The position numbers and the translations under genes were made by a program. DNA of 63,391 nucleotides, the filler included, from Octopus bimaculoides (taxonomy: Eukaryota), in the NCBI RefSeq assembly GCF_001194135.2. It is 5 parts of 5 records of this genome, joined end to end, with 100 filler letters (N's around TTAATTAATTAA, not from the genome) between each part and the next. Parts side by side here need not be neighbours in the genome. Positions count along the whole stretch, not along the records: positions 20,883 to 46,184 come from NC_068986.1; 4 more parts are not named here. One strand, written 5' to 3'. The notes under the pieces are model-generated. The model saw only the letters and a program-made list of their open reading frames with translations, ran no database searches and was not told the DNA's origin. Shown here one piece after another: positions 23,203 through 35,972 of the stretch. Positions within the stretch are counted from its first letter, which is position 1. Each line of letters starts with the position of its first letter.

Positions 23203-24699
23203 CACGCAAGTATATATACACGCATACATACTAAACCCCATATGTACGTGTACCTATGCGCGCGCATGTGTTTATTTAAATCCCTTTGTACTCTAAGTTT
23301 CAAGCGTGATGTTCACCTTCGGCCGTACTCATGGTGGCTGCTTGTAGTGTACTAATTGATATCTGGGGCAACTATTCTTTTCTTCAGCCTTGGCGTGGCC
23401 CAAAACAGAGCTTATGAAGGGCAATTAAAACAGCATAGAAACTTTACGATACATCGTTGGATGGAATTGATTTGCAATACAATACGTTGGATGGAATTTA
23501 TTTGTAATCTAAAACGTATGATTTCGTTATACAAGCTGTGTCGCACTAATTATACCTTCCATCTTCTTTTATCTTATGCGTGTCGGTTGTCTGGACAGTA
23601 AATTACACGCCAATTGAATCCGAACCCACAACTGAATCCTCATAGTCGAACTACAGAGTTCCAGATCTGCAGTAGATGTATATAATGTTAGTTCAACGCT
23701 AACATTCCGAAATGACAAGAGTGAAACAGAATCATAAAATTACACGCTCACATGGGCAAATACATTCATATTTGCATTCATATGTCGTTTCCCCCCTCCC
23801 CCTTACTCTATTTATTTACTTCTTTCCGTTGTTTCGTATCTGCTTTCAGATAATTCGTTAACGATTTCCAACTGACTAATCATTGGTTACTTGCACTTCA
23901 CATGGCGAGAATGTCAAGTAGATATCACTCGCAGAAGAACAAATTACTAAGGGAATTGAACACACAAAGACACACATATAACACACTAACATATACTCTC
24001 ACGAATAGTCTGCGATCTACCTCCAGAAACGCATATATAGCTAGATAGATATATAGATAGATAGATAGATAGATAGATAGATGGATAGACAGATATATAT
24101 ATAGATAGATAGACAGATAGATAGATAGATACAGAGAGAGGCAGAGAAAGAGACACAGAGAAATATACTTTAGACAGGCAGACACATAGAGAAAGAGAGA
24201 GAGTGTGAGGGAGCGACAGAGAAGGAGAGGTAACCGAATTGTTCACTAGCACAGAGTCTTACCGACTCCAATCCTTTCTTGTTATAGAAACTGGAAATAA
24301 GATAGTCGTGGGTGTCATTGTGTAATTTAGACGCAGAATGAAAACTTATCTATCTTATTAACATATATATTTTGTGATGCATTAATGGTTTTGCATATAC
24401 AAGGCTTCCAAAAACATTTAATATTACAGCCCATGGCTCAGTGGTTACAGCATCGTATTTAAAATCATGAGGTCGTAAATTCGATTCCTAAAATGAGGTC
24501 TGAGTTGTGTTCCTGAACAAGGCAACGTATAACATGTAGCTGAAGTCACAAGATTACCCTCACAAATCAGAATATGTTGCCACACATCATGACTTTTGTG
24601 TCATCTTATTTGTCTAATAATGATTTCCGGTATGGAATAATAAGTCTAATAATGAATTCTCGTCAATGTATAGCGTAATATTTTTTTTCTAAAATTATT

Positions 24700-24907
24700 G
24701 GCAGTGAGCTGGCGGAAACGTTAGCACGCCGGGTAAAATGCATAGCAGCATTTCCTTCGGTATTACGTTTTACTTTACATTCTGGGTCAACTTTACCTCA
24801 CATAATTTCGTGGTCCATAAACTAAGTATCAATTAAGTACTGGGGGTCGATTTAGTCAAAACACCTTCCTCCAAAATTGTTGCCCTTCTGGCACATTTTG
24901 AAACCAA
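24700..24907 (+). mobile_element. SINE family B
   Basis: GGCAGTGAGCTGGCGGAAACGTTAGCACG head. Confidence 0.7.
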
Positions 24908-25231
24908 TAATATTAGCTTATATAAAATATATTTTCGACTACGTCGTGTATTTCTTGCTATTTGATAAATAAATAATACGAAAATACTTTAAATCTAACG
25001 TCGGTGGCCAGTATGATAATGGTGATATTATTGTTTTTATATAGTTTTACTTGTTTCAGCCATTTGTCTGCAGCCATGCTGGAGCACCACCTTCAGTCGA
25101 ATACATCAACCCCAGGACTTATTCTATCGGTATCTTGTGCGGAAGCGTTAAGTAACGGGACCATAAACACACCAACATTTTGGGGGGACAAATACAGACA
25201 CAAATAACAAACACACACATACATACATACA

Positions 25232-25285
<54 letters not shown>

Positions 25286-25287
25286 TT

Positions 25288-26166
25288 ATTCATTAAAATA
25301 CAGAGATGCCTATAATAGGACATTTAACCCGCTAGAGAGAGCAGCAAAAAATTCTATACCACAAAAATAAGGATAATTTCGAAAGAGAATGAAAAATAAA
25401 AACTTTTACCAGTCTATACTCTGTACCATGGTTTCAAGTTATTTAGCAAGATAAAAATAAATCTTACTTGGTCAACTTTCTTCAGCAGAGTACCACGAAC
25501 AAGCGAGTAAACACGAGTCATAGGGAAATACGACCCGCGTTTACACACTTAATTTTCCAAACTATACCGCGCATGTGCGCTTTAACTTATCGGCAGTAAA
25601 TTTAAAATAAATGCCGATTTTCCTTCAGAAATTAGCAAAACAATATATTATCATTAATAAATCATAGGGCAGTAAAAAAAACTTAGAAATGTAATTTACC
25701 GCCCGTGGTCCAGCGAGAATAAAAATTAGTCAGTAGACTATATATATATAATTCATTAAAATACAGAGATACCTATAATAGGACATCTAACCCGCTAGAA
25801 AGAGCAGCAAAAAACTCTAAACCACAAAAATAGGGATAATTTCGAAAGAGAATGAAAAATGAAAACTTTTACCAGTCTATACTCTGTACCATGGTTTCAA
25901 GTTATTTAGCAAGATAAAAATATACCTTACTTGGTCAACTTTCTTCAGCAGAGTACCACGAACAAGCGAGTAAACACGAGTCATAGGGAAATACGACCCG
26001 CGTTTACACACTTAATCTTTCAAACTATACCGCGCATGTGCGCTTTAACTTATCGGCAGTAAATATGAAATAAATGCCGATTTTCCTTCAGAAATTAGCC
26101 CAAAAATATATTATCATTAATAAATCATAGGGCAGTAAAAAAATTTTAGAAATTTAATTTACCGCC
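25288..26166 (+). repeat. Tandem duplication, 463-bp period
   Basis: 25288-25750 repeated from 25751 to 26166 with scattered substitutions; second copy cut by a SINE. Confidence 0.9.
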
Positions 26167-26169
26167 AGT

Positions 26170-26322
26170 GGGGCGGGTCTTTCAGTTTCAGACTACCAAA
26201 TCCACTCACAAGCTTTTGGTCGGCCCGAGGATATAGGAGAAAATGTTCGCTCAAGCTGCCACAAAGTGGAACTGAACCCTGAGGTTGAGAAGCAAGCTTC
26301 TTACTACACAGCCACTCCTGCT
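26170..26322 (-). mobile_element. SINE family A, 5' half
   Basis: Reverse-complement homology to head. Confidence 0.7.
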
Positions 26323-27619
26323 AATTGATTCATTAAATACCTACTCATAAAATAAGGAAAACCGTAATGATTCGTAAATGATGAAGACGACGCGATATTT
26401 CTGGAATCCCATGGTGGATTTGTTCTCGTTTTAATAATAAGAACAAATTATTACGTGAAATATACTTTTGAAATATTAATGAAATTCCATAAAAGAAACA
26501 TTTCAGCCTTTGCCATGGGTCTGTAACAAATGGGATAATTTAGATGTTTCGTTTCAAAGATTATGTGAAGCGTAAACTCAATGACTTGGCGCTCAAATAG
26601 AATGGATGCTTGGCTCTGATACTACGAATAGAGAGACAGTGAGAATCATAAAAATAAAGATAGCGACATCAATGAAGAAATAAATGATTTGAGAGAGAGG
26701 AGGGAGAGAGAGAAAGAAAGAAAGAAAGAGAGAGATATCGAAATAGCGAGTGATGGCTGATGATAGAAATTAGGAGAACGATAAAATCTTATACAACGGC
26801 AGACAGGAATGTATTGAAATTAACATTTTGAAAATCCCCCGAAATGATGGAGGAGAAAACGGCTGTTTCATATTCAGCTTTGATAGTTTAGGTGATAATA
26901 ATCGCTTTAAAAAGTAGTAAAACGTAAGAAATTGATAGACCTCTGAAACTGACTAGTTTGTATTCAACCCAATCAGGGATTCTTTTTGAGGTTACACGAC
27001 AATCTAGCAATAACATACATATATATTTCATTTCAAGTATTGTGGCTATAAAACAAATAATGAAAGACGCTTGATAATTTATGAGAATGAAACATTTTAC
27101 AAACTTTCTATGAAACAAAATATGACAACTAGTTAAGCATTTTGTGTTTTTTTCCACATTTATGGACTGAGAATTTTACCAGTTAAGAAGTATAATATAT
27201 TTCTCAAAACTTGTAACCAAACCACCATAAAAGGATAAGCAATGTTACAAAATTATCGCATCCGTTAACACAATTAACGAAAGCCTCATAAGAACGTTTG
27301 GTTAATAAAATTAGATGGGGTTAATACAATTGGACGGGGTTAACATAGCAAAAATCCTGATACGTGAAAAAAACACACAAAAACACTCTCGGAGGCACCA
27401 TATTGTCGATGGCGATCCGAATGTGACAAACTCTTCTTTGAGAAGCGTTTCGGTATATAGGCTTTGTGGGAACGATTACATCGTATATGATATGGAATGG
27501 GTTCCTGTGACCGAGAGAGACAGACAGACAGACAGGCAGGATTTTCGATGAGTTTGCGCTTCCTCGGTTACAAACAGAATATTTCTAGAAACGTTTCTCT
27601 TGCATGCCTCTTGTAGAAC

Positions 27620-27800
27620 GCTACTGGTAGTATTGGTAGCAGTAATGGCGATGCTGCTGTTGTTGCAGTTGTTAGTAGTAGTATTAGTATTATTAGTAAT
27701 AGTGTTAGTATTATTAGTCGTAGTCGTCGTAGTAGCAGTAGCGGCAGTAGTAGTAGTAGTAGTAGAAGTAGTAGTAGTAGCTGTAGTAGTAGTAGTAGTG

Positions 27801-27831
<31 letters not shown>

Positions 27832-27898
27832 CGCTGGTAGTAGACATTGTGGTGCTGCTGTTGTTGTTAGTAGTAATAGTAGTAGCAGCAGCAGCATT

Positions 27899-27974
<76 letters not shown>

Positions 27975-28045
27975 TTTGGTGGCGGTGTTGGTTGTGATGG
28001 TAGTAGTAGTAGCGGTCGTGGTAGTGGTGCTAGCAAGTGTAGTAA
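27620..28045. repeat. Long degenerate (GTA)n/(GCA)n microsatellite
   Basis: Direct reading; source of the poly-T/V/L ORFs. Confidence 0.95.
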
Positions 28046-31000
28046 TGGTATTCTGTTTGGCCATTTATGTTGCACTTGTTTCCGAGTTTTCATTATTTTC
28101 TATCCTCTTCACACTTTTTTTCTTCCTATCCTTCTGTTTCTCATCACTTTTGCAACCAAGATTTGCTTTCATCATTATTATAGTTCTGCGCTTTCGCTAT
28201 CTCACAATCAACGCCGTCACTGCCAAAATAATCAATGTCGTTTCGCTCGGTTTTCCTATTCAGCCAAGAGTCCATTATTCGCCAATATACTTTGCAGTTT
28301 AAGAAAGATATATGTGAAACACGTTGTTGAAAGGATTAAAGCATTTCCATTTTATGTTTATAAAATATGCACATTCGTTCCAGGATCTATTATCAATTCA
28401 GAAGATGAGAGACAAACAAAACGTTTGTGTGTTTTCAAAACCAGTGGTGTTTACTTTGTTTTACTCAAATTAAACAATACTTCGCATACACTAGGAGTGA
28501 AATGTGATCCGGATGTAGTAGAATGAAAAGTACCATGCATATATGCAGTTTGTTTTTGAAGAGAGATACCGCGACAGAAGTATACTCTGCCATGTTAGAT
28601 TCTATAATGTCTGGTACAGATTTAATTCACCATCAGTATAATCGGTTAGAAACTCGATCCGTACTTAGAAGTCACAAATGCGAAGCACAATGGACATTGC
28701 TGGTGAGTGATAGATACAAATCACCATGGATTGAAAACACTTTCTGACCTCGTCAATACTACAAAATGGAGTTATTCCTCCTTTTAGGTAATGAAATATA
28801 AACCTCTTCAAAACAAAATTCCCAGATAATACGTACACCTGTGAACGTAAAAATCATTCAAAGTCGCGAATGAAAGTTTCAAAGGAAAACCAAGCAACAT
28901 GGTGGCCACACAATCTAGAGAACAACAAATGATAACTTAGAGCTTCCAAACGTTTAAACGTAATAGTTTGGTTGCAGCCATTAAGCGGTAGAAGAGACGT
29001 AAAAGTGTGAGATTGTCCCTACCAACTCCAACAACAGCAACAGCATAAATCAAACGACACACACATTTCAGGACTCACATTATTAACTTCAAAGATACTT
29101 ATGAACTTGCAAGAATACGAAATTTACGGGTTGGTAGTTCACGAACGAAGACTGAGTGGATCTTGAAGAAAAGTGAAGTATATATCATCACTACAAAGAA
29201 TATGCAATTTGTAGAGGCAGCAACTTTGGGAAAATCTCCGGTAGGGAGCACTGGGGATCTATTTCTTATGTAAATGATGTAATCTTCCTTGATAAATACT
29301 TCTCCAGCGAGAGAGCATGTCTAAAGGTTGATCTACTTCTCTCACGTATGCACCCGTGTTTTCTTAGGTCTGAAATTCAGCAATAGGCTATCGACACTTC
29401 TTAACGCTTTTTACTAAAAGCGTTAAGAAAGTAAAATCGCAAGATAGGTGACGAATGATATAAAAAAATATTAAATGATCCTCGGTTAAAACCGGTACGA
29501 ACATCCTATCATTACCACCAGAATCCAAAGGCGTTCAGCCTCGATAGAATATTATATACGCAGTGGTATAATTACCTGACAATTTACGCATTAAACAAAT
29601 CAATAGCTATCGGATGAAAATGTTGCTTCCTTCCAACGTACGAAATCAATATTGTCATTGATGCATTCCTTTATATTAGTGATATTTTTTGTGTTTATAG
29701 CTCTCAAATGCAGTACCATCGACTTTTTATTCTCAATTATTTTCCGTTATTTCTATTTCCATTTTTATTTCATTTGGCAGCAGGATGTTCATATTTATAA
29801 TTAATATTATAAGTATAATTATAATAATTACTATGCGAAATTTTATTAATTTTTAATTCTTGTTATTGATTTCGTAAGTGTTAATAACGAACAGAGAAGA
29901 AATTTATTTTGTCACTAAACATGTTTATTACGCAATACTCCAATCCTCTATATTTTCCTTTATTTTATTTAACTAACAAATTTTACTGTTTGTTTCTGTA
30001 AGATTAGGTAAAACCTATTACCAAAGAACGCATTTATCAAATAATCCCGAAAATAAAAACAAAAAAACAACGAAGGCTAAAAAGATTCTGGTTTGATTTG
30101 TAGAATTATCATTTGCTTCGTTTTCGTCAAGGTTAAGCACTGCGGTTATTCACCGAACGAGATTTTATGTTACGTGATAATTCGCATCATATATAAGTGA
30201 AAATAAAAATAACAATCTCGTTAAAAGTTAGTGCCGGAGGTGAACTAATATCGATGTTTTCAACATGCTGCTCTTCAGTCAAGCGATAGAATGGTTAAAT
30301 GTATATGAAATCGAATCTAATCAGAGATAATGCAATGCGTTTGCAAATTATTTTTATATTTTCCTTTTCTTTTCTTATTTATTACGCGGTGATCTATGGT
30401 GAAGTATAGGTTGCTATTTTCCTTTTTATGAAGATCACTATCTATATGTTTTAGACGTGTTTTGTTTAGAAAAGCCTACAAAAAATCAACATTGACAAAA
30501 CGACACTAGAATAGATTCTTAGATATCCAATGAATGATGATCGTAGATTATGTAAATATTGTCAATAGAATTAATGACAATGATAGAGATCTATATTATT
30601 ACAGTTTTAAAACTAAATGTTCCGCGCAGTCATTCTCAGTCAATGATTTGGGTTGATCGAATTTAGAAAAACTGTAGTTAATTTCATGCGCCAATTTTAG
30701 AAATTTAATTATTTTATATCTCGTTATTATATTGGGATATTTTGATGCACAATAGAGCGCAGGTGTTTTGTTTTCACTTGGCGCTTCTTTATTATTATTG
30801 TTGTTGTTGCTGGTGCTGCTAGTGCTGCTGCTGCTGCCGCTATAGTTGTTGTATCGACAGCAATGCACGAAGTACGTCTATACTTCACTTTTCTATGATT
30901 TACTTAATATCATAATTAGCTGAATCTACTAAGGATCTTGAATGTATTTCTATGCATCAGTTTTAATAGTTATGAAAACATATAGCATCAGAGTAACTGC

Positions 31001-31287
31001 TTCTATTCTCAATCATCACGTTTATTCCCAAAAATTGTATTCTGATATTTTCTGCACTTCACTTCAAAATATAGTGTAATATTGTTTTTCTTAATTTCTT
31101 TATGGCAAATTAGGTTTTAATTATGGAAGTAATCAACACATATTTCAGAAGTGTTTTGTTTTGTTTCCATTCAGCGAAAATTCTCTGGACATTGTCTAAA
31201 CCACCATAATGTTCATGTCAATTTTTAAGGATTATCATCATCTTCCATTATTATTATTATTATTATTAATATTATTATTATTATTAC

Positions 31288-31321
<34 letters not shown>

Positions 31322-31843
31322 GAGTGAGAGAGCAGTGCATGCCATCAAAGTGACACTGGGGTAAAATATACAAAGCCCAATATACCCATCATGACTACCC
31401 GTCTGATAAGGGTACACCAGGCACATGCATCACAACCATATGTGCACGACATGGTGATCTCATATCAGGATAAACAGCGCATGACCTCGCAGGTGGGGCC
31501 CAGTTAGAATTTTTTTCAGATCGCGTAGCCCATCCCGCTCAAAAGGTCCCTGAATAAGGTTTGTTTAAGGATGTTGAGCAAAACACCCATGTTTCCAAAG
31601 GTGAATTATTCAAACTCCAAAGAACTCCTCTCAACACATGGCTATGATGCTCCCCCACTACTTCTGCTCGTTATCAGAGATGCACATATCGTCAGCCACC
31701 AAGGGACATGCTCAACTGGTTAAGGTCAAACAACTGACAAGCAAATCTGTGGTATTAAGCAGAATATTTGCTGTAGCCCATCTTTTATACCAAGACAAAA
31801 TAACGTACATGATAGCACTTCCAATCAATTAAGATCAGAAGCC

Positions 31844-31898
<55 letters not shown>

Positions 31899-31908
31899 NN
31901 NNNNNNNN

Positions 31909-31941
<33 letters not shown>

Positions 31942-31945
31942 TAAT

Positions 31946-32220
31946 GGTGGTGAGCTGGCAGAATCGTTAGCACGCTGTTTGAAGTGCGTAGCGGTATTTC
32001 GCCCGTCGGGCAAGGCGGCAATTTGGCAGAATCGTTAGCACGTTGAGTGCAATGCCTATCGTTATTTCGTCCGTCTTCGTGTTCTGAGTTCAAATTCCAC
32101 CTAGGTCCACTTTACCTTTCGTGGTAAAAAAAAAATAAATACTAGTTGTGCAGTGGGGTTTATGCAATCGACTTAAACTTCCCCCAAAATTGCTGAACTT
32201 TTGCCAACATTTGAAATCAT
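31946..32220 (+). mobile_element. SINE family B with duplicated head
   Basis: GGCAGAATCGTTAGCACG occurs twice (about 31957 and 32025). Confidence 0.75.
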
Positions 32221-35200
32221 TGTTATTGTTGTTATTATTATTAATGTTGTTGTTGTTGCTATTATTATTATCATTATTATTAGGGTGCCATTTATGAGAT
32301 CACGGTTCCAATTCCTAGATCGGGTGGTGCGTTATGTTCTTGAGCCATATACTTTATTTCAGGCTGCTCTTTGATCACTTCGAACCTGACGTGTGGTACA
32401 CCGTGCACCCTTTTCCGGCAATATCAATTTGACAGCAGCAGCAGAGAACCTGACGTAGTTATGTGTTTAGCTCAGTTGTTAAAAATTATGTGACCCTCAA
32501 ATATGAAACGTCTCCTACAAAGTCAAAGTAACACTTATTGGAGTAAGACATACAGTATAGCAGATGACTCTAGCTTTCTATTGACCAGACTTTATTCCAG
32601 TTGCCTTCATATTCATATTATTAGAGAACATTCAGACTGAAAAATTATCAGAATAAACGTTGTGTGGAGATCGCATAAGCTGAACTTAGTTGCTCTGGAA
32701 CTTCTTGGAGAAATCAAAGAATGTCGAAACGACACACCGTCGCCTAAACTATCCAACTGTTTCCAACCACTACGTGAAAAGGTAATACGAGGTGGTTTAG
32801 ATATTATTTATGTTGAGTATCTTCGAAAGTTTTATGAGAAAGTCCCGTAAAATCCTGTAAATTTAACTGTCATATAACATGGCTTGTGTTCATACCACTT
32901 CTCTCCTAATTCGATTAATCACACTCGTCTAACGTTTCAATACTGTATTTACCTACACATTTATGCCTACTCTTATACTCTTTTACTCAAGAAATGGTTC
33001 ATTATTTCGTCACGTTTCCCACACATAGTGCGTTTCCCCGGTGACACATTTCCGGATCTTTACTGTTAAAAACTTTCTCGTAATGGTTTGTTTCTGAGCG
33101 TCTATAATTAGTGATTTAATACCTTATTTCAGCTTTCCTTCAGTCGGCCACAATGAGCAGTCTTCCAAAATCTTCGGTCTCTTAAATGAATTAGCTATCA
33201 GCAACAGCAGCAGCAGCGGTAACAGCATTAATGGCAATAACACTTACATCAGAACAATTATTATTAGTATTATTATTTATTTATTTATGATCTGCTGCAG
33301 ACGTATCAATGAACGATTATCTGAAGCTTTTGTTTGCTGTAGTATATTTTTTGAGAGGAAATTCCACTTCTTCTTTTTATATTCAAAGAATATTATTTTT
33401 AATAAATTTCCTATTATTGCTTCTAGGATGTCGTTATTGATTGATATATAATTTCGTATATCTGTTAGCATTTCTGTTTGAATTTTGTAGTCAACTTGTA
33501 TCTTATATTTTTCTTTCTGGAGATTCTGCTTGTGTATGTTATGTATAGCATGACTATTAGTTTTGCTAATATTATGTTGGTTTCAATTTATATTCTCTTT
33601 GTTTTATTGAAATATACGTTGACACTTTCGATAACAACACAATCTCTTCTAATAGAATATATTGCTTTTTCATTCCGAGTACATTTTCCTATTGTATATC
33701 TGTATTATTTTCCACTGTTTTATATATATTATCATTCATAGGATTTCATTAAATATTTTAAGATCTTTTCCTCTGCTATTCTCTGTATGTTTGCTTCCTA
33801 CGATATCGACTTTGCTTTAGATATTCGCATTTCTCAACAAAAATTACATAATTAATCTTTAATATAAATCAACGCAAATATACTTAGCCATGAAGTAGAA
33901 AACGTAATTCAGTCATATCTACAATCACTTGGTTGATACAACGCATTAAAATGAGTGATACATTATTGTGGAAGAATCAGATTGTTGGAATGCATTCAAT
34001 GTTTAGAGGCATCAACGATAAGCATAAAATTAGATATCAGCCAAATATCTAAAGAAATTTAAAGAATACGTGAATTAAATGCTGAACATTATGTTAGAAT
34101 ATAACATTATCAGGAGAATGAAAAGAAAAATAATATTAGATTACAAACAAGTGGAAAAAGCAAAGAATTAATTAGCATTATAGAAAGAATAGAAAACTGG
34201 AGTCCGTCCAAAAGATGCTGCAGTTTTGCTCTCTGTGGTTTGGTGAACTTGGAAATGTAATCGTGTATCATCAAGTTATGTGTTTCGGAATTAGTCTAGA
34301 CGGCTAATTGCGTATAAGTAGAGTTTGTTGGATCGAAACACCTCTTTAACTGTTTTTGCTAACTTGGAATAACACAATAAACGAAACGTTCATAGTTAGC
34401 AGGTGGAATGTGCAAAGAGGCATGGTTATGCAATCATTAAATGTCCATATAAAGATCTTACCATATGACTGGTTTTCTTCATCAGGATTTAGCAAAAGTG
34501 ATCATTTAACTGCTGCATACCCATATCGTTTTGCACATGTTATCAGCAAATTATGAGCATTAAGATTATTACGTAGCTCTCAGCTATCACAAGCAGCTAT
34601 CGAGTTAAATGTATATGCATTATCTCCTTAGTATTTTATACTTTTGATGCACTATGTAAATATATTGGTCTATAGAGAGAGAGATATCTATATATCTGTA
34701 TATATGTGCTCAAATGTTTATATATATTTAGTTATATGCATCCATATATATGTATACGTATATATATATATACATATAGTGAGAATTTACAAAAAATAAA
34801 AGACGAAGACGGGTGTGTAAACAACAAACAGATGTATTAGTTTAACGCTCGGGAAGTTAGAAAGTCTTTTGGGTTTCGAGCCTGCGCAGAGGGACCAACA
34901 AATGTTTATGCAGATGTTAAGACAAGTACACAATTGAATATCTTTGATTATATTTACGTGTAAGTGTACGTTTGTGAAATTGTGTACGGATATCTCCATA
35001 CGGCCATACATCTGCCACGATGACTTAGACTAATTTACGGCATCTCTCTCTTGATATTAGCCTCTCAACGTATGTTATCCATCTGTGCATTCTTCATTGC
35101 TGCTAAGTTTTAATTACGTTCATAATGAATATTAAAATGTGTTTGATACATTACATACTATATACAGATTCGCGTAAATAGGACGCTATACATATATTAA

Positions 35201-35289
35201 CAGTCACGCATTAATACGATTACCTTTTACTATATATAACGATTGTTTTGATTTATGGTTCCAAAATTTCGTCATTGATTAATAAAGTT

Positions 35290-35445
35290 GTAACTTAGCG
35301 GTTCGGTTAAAGAAACCGATAGAATAAGTACTAGGCTTACAAAGAATAAGACCTGGGGTTGATTTACTCGACTAAAGGCGGTGCTCCAGCATGGTCGCAG
35401 TCAAATGACTGAAACAAGTAAAAAAGTAAATAGTAAAAGAGTATG
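35290..35445 (+). mobile_element. SINE family A, 3' part
   Basis: GTAACTTAGCGGTTCGG...GACTGAAACAAGTAAAA tail. Confidence 0.75.
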
Positions 35446-35784
35446 TGAAGATGTTGAACAATTTCATATACAATTATTTTTTTATTAGTTTAATGGCAAT
35501 GAGGTTGTAACTCTTATTTGATGATGTTTTCTTCATATTGAATTCTCTTTTGATCCAATTATTTTCAGAAGTTTGAAGTATAGCATAGGAAATAATATTG
35601 ATATATGAGTATTTATCAAATATATCGAAGATGTAATTTGTCAATTGATTTATTAAGTACCAGTTTCAGTAAATGTTTATTTAAAATGTATGGTTATAAA
35701 CGTAATTACATTTATTTGTTCAATTGGAAATCTAGTTTTTAACTCGTTTCCAGGAACGCTAGCTAAAATTCTTTCACTGAAGGT

Positions 35785-35972
35785 GTACAAAACCTGAAAT
35801 TATAGGGGAGGGTAAGTCGATTACATCGACCCCAGTACTTAATTCATCGAAGCCCGAAAATATGAAATGAAAATCGACCTCAGTAGAATTTGAACTCAGA
35901 ACTTTATGAAGGATGAAATGCAGCTAAACACCTTCCCTGGCGTGCTAACAATTCTACCTGCTCGTCACCTTA
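35785..35972 (-). mobile_element. SINE family B
   Basis: Reverse-complement homology. Confidence 0.65.

Noticed and set aside
27300-27480. Minus frame ending ...PSNCINPI* reminiscent of a GPCR TM7 NPxxY motif
   Set aside because: Stop follows at once and no upstream TM pattern; too weak.
27476-28526. Long ORFs of 205 and 308 aa rich in T, V or L
   Set aside because: Translations of trinucleotide microsatellites; the same applies to the many CVCV/HTHT/YIYI ORFs.
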